Origin: Octopus vulgaris
Taxonomy: Eukaryota
Assembly (NCBI GenBank): GCA_951406725.2
Contig: OX597814.1
Coordinates: forward strand, 195,548,001-195,612,000
DNA length: 64,000 nt
Reading direction: 5' to 3'
Both the position numbers and the translations under genes were made by a program. This document shows, in pieces, positions 1 to 11,725 of this stretch (within the stretch, counting starts at the first letter, position 1; each line of letters begins with the position of its first letter). The notes beneath the pieces were generated by a model that searched no databases, was not told the DNA's origin, and saw only the letters and a list, made by a program, of their open reading frames with translations.

Positions 1-256
1 AACGTAACGACATACGAAATACCTATTTCTTTACTACCCACAAGGGGCTAAACACAAAGAGGACAAACAAGGACAGACAAACGGATTAAGTCGATTATAT
101 CGACCCCAGTGCGTAACTGGTACTTTATTTATCGACCCCGAAAGGATGAAAGGCAAAGTCGACCTCGGCGGAATTTGAACTCAGAACGTAACGACAGACG
201 AAATACAGCTAAGCATTTCGCCCGGCGCGCTAACGTGTCTGCCAGCTCGCCGCCTT
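1..256 (-). mobile_element. tRNA-derived SINE family A (head GGCGGCGAGCTGGCAGA, conserved GTCGACTTTGCCTTTCATCCTTTCGGGGTCGATAAA domain)
   Basis: Reverse complement of the family A copies at 30316 and 38266; A-box/B-box-like motifs (TGGCAGA, GAGTTCAAATTCC); the start of a second tandem body occupies 1-22. Confidence 0.85.
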
Positions 257-939
257 ATATGTGATTTATATAGTTAGTGTATGTCAGTTCCTAAAGGTAT
301 TTCACATTCTTTCACATAAACCAATGTACTATTACGCATGTCACTTCAGCAACTCATTTATAGCTCCTCCCACTGACACTGTTTTTAACTCCGCCTACTC
401 TTTCAGATTTTATCTTCTTTAACATCTAATTATCTCTTCGTTTCTAAATGTTTAACTCGATTCTGATATTCCATCAAATTTATTTTTTAGTTCTGGTTAA
501 TATACTGTTGTCAATTAAAACTAGAAAATAATTACAGTAATGATCTAAACGTTAATTAACCTCAATGATGATCACGTGTGATCAACCACAATGAGATATT
601 TCTTTAACAGAGTACTTTGCTGTCTCTTCATATTTGCCTTGTAATTATTTGAAACTAACATAAAATTACTAATCTGACTCATCAACGGCTGTGAATTTAA
701 CCAAACAAATATTATTTAGATTAAAGTTTATTTTCTTTTTTGCAGTAGATTATTTAAATTATAATTTTAAATTGATAAATGCTAGAGCGCTTTCAGGAGG
801 TGACGCACATACAAACTATGTGTGCATATATATATATATATATATATACAGATAGATATTTATACATATATATACATATATATATACATATACATACATG
901 CATATATACACCCACACACAAACACACACACATATACAT

Positions 940-976
<37 letters not shown>

Positions 977-986
977 CATATATATA

Positions 987-1122
987 TTTCTGTGGAACGG
1001 CGTAGGCTCGAAACGTTAAAGACTTTTTCAACTCCCGAGCGTTATACTAATACATCTGTTTGTTTTCTACACCACCTGTCTTTGTCTTTAGTTTTTTTTT
1101 TTTTTTTTGTGAATTCTCTCTA
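987..1122 (+). mobile_element. Short HHR-like repeat, family F (5'-truncated)
   Basis: Matches copies at 7764, 41398 and 61558; degenerate core CTGTGGA...GGCTCGAAACGTTAAAG; flanked by (TA)n. Confidence 0.75.
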
Positions 1123-1298
1123 TATATAACATAAGGGACTAAAGCCATCTGAATATGGCTAGGGACAGGGCAGGGTGGTGGGGGTGTTACTGTTGCATTT
1201 AGCCCCAGGCGAACATCGACGTCGCTAGATAGGCTTGACACCGTCACGGTGACCTTTAACCTGCAAAGGGAGATAATTCCCCGATGAAGCGGAAACCA

Positions 1299-1344
1299 CA
1301 CACGGACCATGGTTTCAAGGTGTATTGCCTATCGTCAACGTGTG
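1299..1344 (-). ncRNA. Type I hammerhead ribozyme (left-arm copy)
   Basis: Reverse complement of 1914-1959. Confidence 0.8.
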
Positions 1345-1913
1345 GTAGGCCTCCGCTTCCTCGACGAAATCTCACTCTGCAGGTTATTCATATATAGATT
1401 TTCAAGCAAAATACATTTGCTGATTTCGAAAATCTGTTCGACAGCAATAATAATTCTCTAAAAGAGATATAGACAGTAACTGCTCGATAACATAAGGGAC
1501 TAAAGCCATCTGAATATGGCTAGGGACAGGGCAGGGTGGTGGGGGTGTTACTGTTGCATTTAGCCCCAGGCGGACATCGACGTCGCTAGATAGGCTTGAC
1601 ACCTTCACGGTGTCCTTTAACCTGCAAAGGGAGATAATTCCCCGATGAAGCGGAAACCACAAGCCTATCTAGCGACGTCGATGTTCGCCTGGGGCTAAAT
1701 GCAACAGTAACACCCCCACCACCCTGCCCTGTCCCTAGCCATATTCAGATGGCTTTAGTCCCTTATGTTATCGAGCAGTTACTGTCTATATCTCTTTTAG
1801 AAAATTATTATTGCTGTCGAACAGATTTTCGAAATCAGCAAATGTATTTTGCTTGAAAATCTATATATGAATAACCTGCAGAGTGAGATTTCGTCGAGGA
1901 AGCGGAGGCCTAC

Positions 1914-1959
1914 CACACGTTGACGATAGGCAATACACCTTGAAACCATGGTCCGTGTG
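1914..1959 (+). ncRNA. Type I hammerhead ribozyme (C3U core variant)
   Basis: Stem I CACACG/CGTGTG; core TTGACGA (1920-1926); stem II AGG-caataca-CCT; GAAA (1942-1945); palindromic stem III ACCATGGT; GTC cleavage triplet ending at 1953. Confidence 0.8.
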
Positions 1960-2320
1960 TGGTTTCCGCTTCATCGGGGAATTATCTCCCTTTGCAGGTT
2001 AAAGGACACCGTGACGGTGTCAAGCCTATCTAGCGACGTCGATGTTCACCTGGGCTAAGCAAATGCAACAGTAACACCCCCACCACCCTGCCCTGTCCCT
2101 AGCCATATTCAGATGGCTTTAGTCCCTTATGTTATCGAGCAGTTACTGTCTATATCTCTTTTAGAGAATTATTATCTCTATATATACATATATATGTATA
2201 CATGCATACATATATATATATAAATATTTATATATATATACATATTATATGTATATACATATATATACATATATGCATATTATATATATACACATACATA
2301 TATATGCATATTATATATAT

Positions 2321-2369
<49 letters not shown>

Positions 2370-2491
2370 TATATACAAACATAGCCACGCCTGCGCCTGT
2401 ATGTGTATATTTCTACGCGCGCGTGCATGAGTGAGTGTTGTCTCCAGTGCCAAAAAGTACTGTCACTCAAACTAATTAACTGATTAGTTAC

Positions 2492-2689
2492 CCGAACCAA
2501 ATCGGCAGCGTCCAAACGGCCTTTCGCAATGATCTCATTATAACCACTTTGTCACTGGGCGCCTTTAGCATAGCCCACACGGTTGCAAATATCTGGACCA
2601 GATCTTCGGTTTGAGGATACGATTCTCCCTCTCACCCACGAATCTCAACGGCCTGGTCGAAGGGTTATGCACCCGAACGTCTCTGCGGA
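2492..2689 (-). CDS. Candidate host exon, possibly with a start codon (2571-2492 encodes MLKAPSDKVVIMRSLRKAVWTLPIWF, phase-2 donor)
   Basis: Unique, relatively GC-rich 198 bp bounded by acceptor tttctttttgtatttcAG and donor cgg|GTaact; no full-length open frame; protein not recognised. Confidence 0.35.
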
Positions 2690-3493
2690 CTGAAATACAA
2701 AAAGAAATTGTTCAACAGATTCTTTGTTTAAATACTGTCTACTCTAGTTCTCATTAATTTGTGGACAGTTGAACCAGTGATGATAATATAGTAATACCAA
2801 GTTCATTGACCCTACATAAGTAATCTCTAATCTGGCAGGGAATAATATAATTTGTTTTCTGTTTATAAAAGTGAAGGCTTAACACAACGAAAACAGAGGG
2901 GAAAACAGAACCTAGAAAATTCGTATAAATATGATGTGAAAGGATATGTATACAAAGAAAATTATGAGAGTCAAAGTCACAGGTAGTGAAAGATTGGTCA
3001 CGGTTTCCTTGTGGGTGTGTGTGTGTATGGGGGAGATGCGCGCGCGTGTGTGTGTGTGCGTGTGTTGGTGCGTGTTTATGCGTGTGTGAGTGTGCATGTG
3101 TGTATATGTATATATATATGCGTATGTATATATATGGATATATAAATACACACGCACACACACACACAGACACACACACAGACACAGACACAGACACACA
3201 CACACACACACACACACAGACACACACACACACATATATATATATATACATGTGTGTGTGTGTACGCATCATTATCCACAAACATAAACGTATTTCTTTT
3301 ACATGTTATAAAGCAGACACAATCTAAAATGTGTGTCAATATGTGTAAGAGAAATATAGATACATACACACACACGCACACACACATATATATATGTATG
3401 TATATATGCATGTATGCATGTATGTATATATAAGTATATATACATTTGTTCATATATGTATATATGTAAGTATAAATACATATTTAGATACGA

Positions 3494-3582
<89 letters not shown>

Positions 3583-3947
3583 CTATATATAAATATATAT
3601 GTATATATATATATATATAATTCTATATATAAATATATGTGTGTGAGTGTCTGAGTGTGTGGGTGTGTATGTGTGTGCCTGTGTCGGTGTATGTGTTTCT
3701 ATGTCTGTGCGTCTGTGTCTGTGTGAGTATCTTTGTATTATAGCTAACCACACAAAAACACACAAAGATAGAATCTAAACAAAGATGCTCTCCATTGTAA
3801 TATAATGGCATTTGAGGATATAAAATATTGAATGCAATAATGACAAAATATAGGACTTTCATATATAATCTATAAGATGCGGAGCGGGGGAGTATGATCT
3901 CGCTCTTTTCTTTAAATTTTTACACTGACTACATCTATGAACACATC

Positions 3948-4098
<151 letters not shown>

Positions 4099-4208
4099 CT
4101 TGAATATTCTAAATAAATCGTAGAATACTCTACACACACATATATGTATATATATATGCATATATATATATGTATATATATATATATACATACATATATA
4201 TATATATG

Positions 4209-4281
<73 letters not shown>

Positions 4282-5009
4282 TGTACATATACCGAAAGAA
4301 ACAAATTGGTAAGACTTTTTCATATACGCATGCATATATTCAATTATATATCATATATATATGTGTATATGTATGTATAGTACACATGCTCACGCACACA
4401 CAAATGCACACTCATATCTATATATGAGTACACACATAGCTAGAGTACTCGTATCTAGTGATATATTTTGAACTGACTGAGTTTCTGTCAGGCTATTCAC
4501 TACTAATATAAAAGAAAGGAATTCGATGTCATTGCTATTTGAACTAGGAAATGACCCTGTTTTTTTAAGAAACAGGTTTATTAAGACACAAGTACAGAAG
4601 CAGACGATAGAAATTGTCTGGCTGTGGCGGTGAAAATTATAGACGGGCATTGTGTTTTGTGAGTGGCATCTACTCACCCTGAACTGCATGCTAAGACACA
4701 ATTCTGTTGTTAGAGATACAGAAAAACAGTAACTGATAAATCACTTGTGTGGCAAATAATCAGCCGGATGAATAAAAATCCGTTTTGTGCAATATAATCA
4801 ATATTCGCCATCTCTGTATCATACTAAATGCAAATACAGGGCGTGAACGCAAATTAACTGTAGTGTTTATCCGGAAATAACATTTATGGACGTACTGAGC
4901 TTGAAAACGCAGATACATCAGTAGCAGACGGAAACCTTTCAGCAGCGACGGGTAGAACACTGGATGCATAACGGATTTGTTTGAGCATAACGTTCACAGA
5001 GAGTACATG

Positions 5010-5048
5010 CTACTGACGAAGCCCAACGAGGGAGAAATGTGCATCTAG
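5010..5048 (+). ncRNA. Type I hammerhead ribozyme motif (slightly degenerate)
   Basis: CTA-CTGACGA-A-GCCC-aacga-GGGA-GAAA-TGTGCA-TC-TAG; near-palindromic stem III ATGTGCAT. Confidence 0.65.
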
Positions 5049-5219
5049 GATTATCATCACTGCTGTTAGATAATGTTCGCCTGTTACTTGTATATTCGTG
5101 CTTTTAACACATTACCTTCATAAGAGATATTACCTCCGTCGCGTACCGCAATTAATTTGCATTAAATATGTTGTATTTATGTGTATACGTATGTATGCGT
5201 ATATATATATATATATATA

Positions 5220-5413
5220 TAAAGTTAATCCAAACAAGAAGACACAAAAAAACACAACAACGCGAGGACGTGGAAAAAATATAGTATTATTGGACGCTCA
5301 GGAAAGAAGGAAAGAAGGAGGGTTTAACGTTTCGAGCGGAGCTCTTCGTCAGAAACATAGGGGAAGGAAAGATCCAGAGAAGGGAAGACAGAGGAAAAAA
5401 ATCGCCAACGGTA
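5220..5413 (-). mobile_element. Short HHR-containing repeat, family E (HHR at 5322-5356)
   Basis: Minus strand GTTT-CTGACGA-A-GAGC-TCC-GCTC-GAAA-CG-TT-AAAC; homologous to 37430-37630 and 61866-62046; embedded in TA-rich microsatellite. Confidence 0.8.
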
Positions 5414-5459
5414 TGTATGTATGTATATATATATATATATATATACATACATACATACA

Positions 5460-5506
<47 letters not shown>

Positions 5507-5516
5507 GATATAATAT

Positions 5517-5741
5517 AGTACACCAGACGTTAAAATACTCCCATACGTCTTCACACATAATCATAGAAACAATGAAGCCTTCAACATTATCATACAAAAT
5601 CTACCCATTCTCACAGGAGATAAAAGGATGAGCAAAATTTTAGGCTCACACAAGAGCAAAATGTAACCGAAATCATTGAAAAAAATATTAGCCAACGCAA
5701 GACTATATCCATTAATATCGGAACCAAAAGGGAAAAAATGT
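5517..5741 (+). pseudogene. Penelope-like element ORF fragment (RT thumb/linker preceding GIY-YIG)
   Basis: Translates to STPDVKILPYVFTHNHRNNEAFNIIIQNLPILTGDKRMSKILGSHKSKM*PKSLKKILANARLYPLISEPKGKKC, resembling the PLE 'PYV.T.NP...NL.IL..D.....KRQP.NLK..L...KC' linker. Confidence 0.6.
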
Positions 5742-6024
5742 TTCCAGAGGAAAATTATTCAAACCCCAAAGAATCCCTCTCAACACATGGCTATGATGCT
5801 CCTCCACTACTTCTGCTCGTGATCAGAGATGCACATATCGTCAGCCATTAAGGGACATGCTCAACTGGTTAAGGTCAAACAAGTGACAAGCAAATCTGTG
5901 GTATTGAGCAGAATATTTGCTGCCGCCCATCTTTTATACCAAGACAAACCTATGTACATGATAACACTTTCAATCAGTTAAGATCAGAAGCCACGAGAGC
6001 CACTGCCTGGTACTGCATCAGGGC

Positions 6025-6028
<4 letters not shown>
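5738..6028 (-). mobile_element. Interspersed repeat family D, presumed 5' part
   Basis: Near-identical to 23246-23443 and extends further; abuts (ATT)n/(GTT)n; orientation inferred. Confidence 0.7.
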
Positions 6029-6121
<93 letters not shown>

Positions 6122-6466
6122 GATGATGTTGTTGTTGTTGTTGTTATTATTATTAAAAGCCGAAGCTACATGAATCGTACGTCTATGTTTTTAGGTTACT
6201 GATTATTAAAACGAACCAATAAGGAAACATTCTGATGAAATATAGACTAAAAGTACTTGTAAACGCATCGAAACACGATTAATCGTCAAGGTTTCATTGG
6301 TTAGCGAAAAGTCGATGAAAGCGCGTCACATATTTCTCTGTTCAGTCGTTATACTTAGAGCGCGTGATATTTTCGTCCATTCATATGTAGAAGCAAATGA
6401 AATTTCTGTCTTTAATGTGTGCTAACGATATAAAAATATAACACGAAACGTCATTCAAGCCCACGC

Positions 6467-6562
<96 letters not shown>

Positions 6563-6571
6563 GTATGTCTG

Positions 6572-6648
<77 letters not shown>

Positions 6649-7183
6649 TTATCTACTTATATGTATCAGAGAGTGTGTATAGATGTGTGTATAAAAATTC
6701 AAAGTTATATAAAGACGCCATAGATGTAGAAATAAGAACTTATATAGTATGCACTTGCGTACACACACTCAAGTTGATAGATATATATACATGCGAAAGC
6801 ACACCCACGCATATGCATATAAGCGCATACACCCACACACATATACACACATATATTTGGAGATGGACAAAAACGAGATATAAAGACAGATATTGAGAGA
6901 TATAAAAAGAACGAAAGAGATAAATTGAATGAACGAACGAACAAGAACAATTAAAACAGTATGTATTATTTTAGTTTAAAGAAGTAAATTCAATTCTGTT
7001 TCGACAATAGAATTATTTCAAGTATAATGTAACTAGCGAGTAGAATAACAAATGCATAAGTGGCAGAAAAAAGAATTTTAGAAAATTAAAAATCATAAAT
7101 ATTCCGCATGTTTTGTTTTTTTAAAGGAATTATAAAGCATGTAATTTTTCTGCAGTCACGTGAACATGAATATGCGAATGAAT

Positions 7184-7253
<70 letters not shown>

Positions 7254-7309
7254 GGGGAGGGTGTGCATGGGAAAATGGTGTGCTTGCGAATTTATGTGCA
7301 TTTATATTT

Positions 7310-7352
<43 letters not shown>

Positions 7353-7492
7353 CATACATATATACATACATACATGGGCACGTCCTTTAGGCTGTGATGC
7401 ATAAAAGAGTAGATGAATGTATATATATATACATAGTAGATGAATGTGTATATATATATATATATACACGTATACATATATATGTATATATA

Positions 7493-7533
<41 letters not shown>

Positions 7534-7535
<2 letters not shown>

Positions 7536-7685
7536 TCTTTACTCTTTACTCTTTTATTTGTTTCAGTCATTTGACTGCGGCTATGCTGGAGCACCGCCTT
7601 TAATCGAGCAACTCGACCCTGGGACTTATTCTTTGTAAGCCCAGTACTTATTTTATCGGTCTCTTTTGCCGAACCGCTAAGTGAC
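7534..7685 (-). mobile_element. SINE family B, 3' fragment
   Basis: TTTCAGTCATTTGACTGCGGCTATGCTGGAGCACCGCC tail shared with full copies. Confidence 0.8.
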
Positions 7686-7763
7686 ATATATATACGTATG
7701 TATACACATATACATATATTTGTATATATATGTATATATATTTTATATATATATACATATATG

Positions 7764-7955
7764 TAGGGAGAGTTCAGAAAAAAAAAGACGAAGACAGGTG
7801 GTGTAGAAAAGAAACAGATATATTAGTTTAACGCTCGGGAAGTGAGAAAGTCTTTAACGTTTCGAGCCTACGCTCTTCTACAGAAAGGAACACAGAAAGA
7901 AACTGGGAGAGAAAAATAAAGAATGTGTAGTGGCTAGCGATCTATCATGGCGAAT
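7764..7955 (-). mobile_element. Short HHR-like repeat, family F (motif at 7852-7887)
   Basis: Minus strand CTTT-CTGTAGA-A-GAGC-GTAG-GCTC-GAAA-CG-TT-AAAG. Confidence 0.8.
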
Positions 7956-8049
7956 GATAAATATGCATGTATATATATACACATAAACATAGATATATGT
8001 GTGTATATATATGTATGTATATATGCATATATATATACATATCTATGTA

Positions 8050-8098
<49 letters not shown>

Positions 8099-8154
8099 AG
8101 ATAAAACTTACGCACATACAAGTACATGCCTACATATATATGTATATATACATG

Positions 8155-8465
8155 CATATATGGGTACAGGACTTTAAAAAACGTGAACAAAATGAGAAAC
8201 GAGAACAAAAGCATGGAAAACGAACTTCTTTTCTAACAACGAAAGAAATAAACAGAGAAACAAGACAGGCAACATCCCCTTCATCAATTGTCCCCTGTTA
8301 TATCTACTCCGCGTTTCGAAGGTAGGGGACAATACGCGACTCCGTTAAAACAGTCCTTCCCGCAAAGCAAATTAAATAAAATTTGGGATTTTTTTTGCGG
8401 TGTGTTAAAGTGGTAACAAAAACAGGACAGTAAGAACAAAGCAGTAAAAACAAACGGTGAGAGGT
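8155..8465 (-). mobile_element. Interspersed repeat family G (TA-microsatellite-associated, non-coding)
   Basis: Reverse-complement homology to 42360-42680 and 56960-57135; ends in GTCCTGTACCCATATATG. Confidence 0.7.
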
Positions 8466-8516
8466 GAGGTGGTGAACGCTATATAGATAGACAGATAGGT
8501 AAATACTAAAGATTCT

Positions 8517-8710
8517 GTCGAGCTGGCAGAATCGTTACAGCGTTTGGAAAAAATGTTTTGCGATATTTCTTCCAGTTCTTTACGTTCTTCAAATGCCGCA
8601 TCGTCGATTCGGCCTTCAATACTCTCAGTTACAATAAAATATATACTAGTCGAACATGGCTTGGTGTAATTGACTTCCTCTAAAAGTAACTGGCCTTGTG
8701 CCGATATTAG
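8517..8710 (+). mobile_element. Diverged SINE family A
   Basis: CGAGCTGGCAGAATCGTT head and degenerate body. Confidence 0.55.
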
Positions 8711-8717
8711 AATATTG

Positions 8718-8749
<32 letters not shown>

Positions 8750-9989
8750 TGTATGTATGTATGTATGTATGTATGTATGTATGTATGTATGTATGTATGT
8801 ATGTATGTATGTATGTATGTATGTTTATTAAAACTGCTACTGGAATGTTAATAAAGACGAAACTTCACGAAGGTTTTTGATAGATATAGAATTTTTAATG
8901 TTTCAAAAAAACTAGAAGAAACTCTTGAAAATATGAAATATGAAATCTCAACTTATTAAAAAGAGAAAACTACAATTTACTACATGATTGATATGGTCCC
9001 CTGATTTATTTCTCTTAGCTCATTTTTGTTTAGTTATTACATGTTTTCACATATGTGTGTATCGCCTTGCATTGGAGGCGAATTCATTCCGATACCTTTG
9101 CGCAGAACAGTAAAAATACACTAATGAAACGATCCCTCCACCATAATATCTGCAGTAAATACATAAACTCACAAGAAACATACAAAGCCGTCATTCGGAA
9201 GCATGTACCATGCTTTCGCTTATTGTTTTAGCTGCCTGTACAGTCACAAGCAGGTATATGCATCCCCTTAGCGTCTCTTATCCTTTGACCCCCCAAAAAC
9301 CCAAAAAGGATAAGATAGCAAGAAGGAAAGTGTAGATGGAAAATGTGTGGAGGTTCGTCGTCCGTACACACACACACACAATCTCTCATATATATATATA
9401 AGTATGTATGTGTGCATGTGTGTGTGTGTCTGTGTTTGTGTTGTCTCCTCTACTGCTTTATAGTCAGTGTTACTTCATTTACATCCCCTTAACTTAGCGT
9501 TATGTAAGAGTAACTTCTCTTATCCATCACTAATATAAGGCTAAAACGTCGTGCAATGTCAGATAAAGTACGTTTGCGCTCATGAATCGGAAAATCATAT
9601 TTCCTCCAATATTTTGTTGTCAAATATCTCATATTAGAAATGTAGGCTGTTTAGCAAAATACGGTGCTTAGCAAAACCCAGGATTCCATGTAGTTACTGG
9701 ATAAACCAAAATGTAGCCGATGGCTAATACATGCATATTTGTACATACATAAACACACGCATAAATATATGAATAACTTCCACAAATAAAACAAAATTCA
9801 GAAAGTGAGAAGACAAGCAAAGAATACGTGGAATCAGATAAGCAAAAAAACGTGGCCAAAAAGCGTAGAAATACAAAGTGAAGCAACAACAATATAAAGT
9901 TTACGTACAACGAAAATAAATATAGCAATTAGAGAAACAAGAGAAATTAAAGCTTAGCGTTGTATGCTTTAGACAAGCAAAGGAAAATG

Positions 9990-10445
9990 ACAAAGAGAGC
10001 AAGAGAAAAAGAAAAAGGCTAAGAGAACTAGAGAAAAAGAAAAGGAGTAAGAGAGCAAGAGAAAAAGAAAAGCAGTAAGAGGGCAAGAGAAAAAGAAAAA
10101 GACTAAGAGACAAGGAAAAATACTAAGAGAGCAAGAGACAAGGAAAAAGACTAAGAGAGTAAGAGAAAAGAAAAGGGACTAAGAGAGAAAGAGAAAAAGA
10201 AGAAGGCTAAGAGATTAAGAGTAAGAGAAAAAGGAGTAAGAGAACAAGAGAAAAATAAAAGCAGTAAGAGGGCACGAGAAAAAGAAAAAGACTAAGAGAC
10301 AAGGAAAAATGCTAAGAGAGTAAGAGACAAGGAAAAGGACTAAGAGAGAAAGAGAAAAAGAAAAAGGCTAAGAGAGCAAGAGTAAGAGAAAAAGACTAAG
10401 AGAACAAGAGGAAAAGAAAAGGAGTAAGAGAGCAAGAGACAAGGA
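9990..10445 (+). repeat. Purine-rich minisatellite (AAGAGAGCAAGAGAAAAAGAAAAAGGCT-like) with 189-bp higher-order period
   Basis: GCAGTAAGAGGGCA at 10072 and 10261. Confidence 0.8.
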
Positions 10446-10785
10446 GAAGCGGTATCGGATTTACATATCTTTATGTAACAGGTTTTTGCAATTGGTAGTT
10501 GGGGAGTTGGATAAAATGAGTGAAAAGAGAGACATGCTGTGGGTTACAGTGAGAGGAAATGGGGAGAGAGAGGGAGAGAGAGAGAGAAGGCAGAGAAAAA
10601 GAATAAGTGGAGGGCGAGGAAGACAGAACGAAAAGGGAAGGGGAAATAGAGTAGAAAGAGGGAGAGAACGATGGAGAGAGAAAATGGAAAAAGAGAGAAT
10701 GAGCGAGGAGTAGAGGGAGGGGGGAAACACATAATATTGGCGTGCACGCGTACAGTGAAGCGTGATTGAATATTCTTTAATTTGG

Positions 10786-11157
10786 TTCAGTCATTTGACT
10801 GCGACCATGCTGGAGCACCGCCTTTAGTGGAATAAATCGACACCACAACTTATTTTTTGTAAGCTTAGTACTTATTCTATTGGTGGTCTTTGCCGAACGG
10901 CTAAATTCAAGGGACGTAAACACACCAACATCGGTTGTTAAGCAATGGTGGGAGGACAAACACAGACACACAAACATATACATACATATATATACATCGG
11001 GCTTCTTTCAGCTTCTATCACTATCAAATCCACTCACAAGACTTTGGCCGTCCCGAGACTATAGTAGAAGACAGTGGCCCAAGGTGCCACGCAGTGGGGC
11101 TGAACCCATATGAATCTGGTTTGGAAGCAAGCTTCTTGCCACACAGCCACTCCTGCA
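10786..11157 (-). mobile_element. tRNA-derived SINE family B (CORE-like)
   Basis: Head GCAGGAGTGGCTGTGTGG..GGGTTCAG, CORE-like CACCTTGGGC, internal TA/TG microsatellite. Confidence 0.85.
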
Positions 11158-11279
11158 TCTAATATAATGTTTTTATTCATGAAGATGTTAAATAACATCT
11201 AATATGTGACGAGTAATGTAAATTGTGGGAACCTTCGTGTGCAGCGTCATTCTTGTAATGTCGCCAGTTTATATATATA

Positions 11280-11655
11280 CTAGCAGTATCGCCCGGCGTT
11301 GCTCAGGTTTGTAAGGGAAATAACTATAAAGCATTTTTAGAGAGTTATAGCCAAAAAACAGCAAAAAAAGGGAAAAAAATAATGGTAAATTTTTTTTTGA
11401 TAGTTAAAAAAGGTGGAGTTGCGTCCCCTACACAGTTTGTGGTTTGTGTTCCTGATTCTCGACCCCATGTCGAATTTATCGATTTTTTTCAGAACTGGGG
11501 GAACTTTTCAAAATTTTCGCTGCGTTAGTTCTGAATTATGACATTGGGCTATGTGTGTGTCAAGTTTCATCAGAAGCGGTTGAAAGCCGTGGTCAGAGTG
11601 AGGGTACGAGAAAACAGACACACAGAAACACGCACAGACAAACTGCCGTTTATAT

Positions 11656-11658
<3 letters not shown>
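11280..11658 (-). mobile_element. Non-autonomous Helitron
   Basis: Minus strand starts TC (11658) and ends in hairpin CCTGAGCAACGCCGGG plus CTAG (11283-11280), between A and T. Confidence 0.8.

Positions 11659-11722
<64 letters not shown>

Positions 11723-11725
<3 letters not shown>

Larger units (their letters stand above)
1128..2175. mobile_element. Retrozyme-like element: 361-bp tandem unit in two inverted arms (1128-1660 and 1661-2175)
   Basis: AACATAAGGGAC recurs at 1128 and 1489; from 1661 the sequence is the reverse complement of the unit; each arm holds an HHR; TCTCTATATATA at 1117-1128 and 2175-2186 is a candidate TSD. Confidence 0.85.

Noticed and set aside
6225-6335. CTGATGA and GAAAGCGCGTC motifs
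   Set aside because: No convincing stems I and II link them; at most a highly decayed relic
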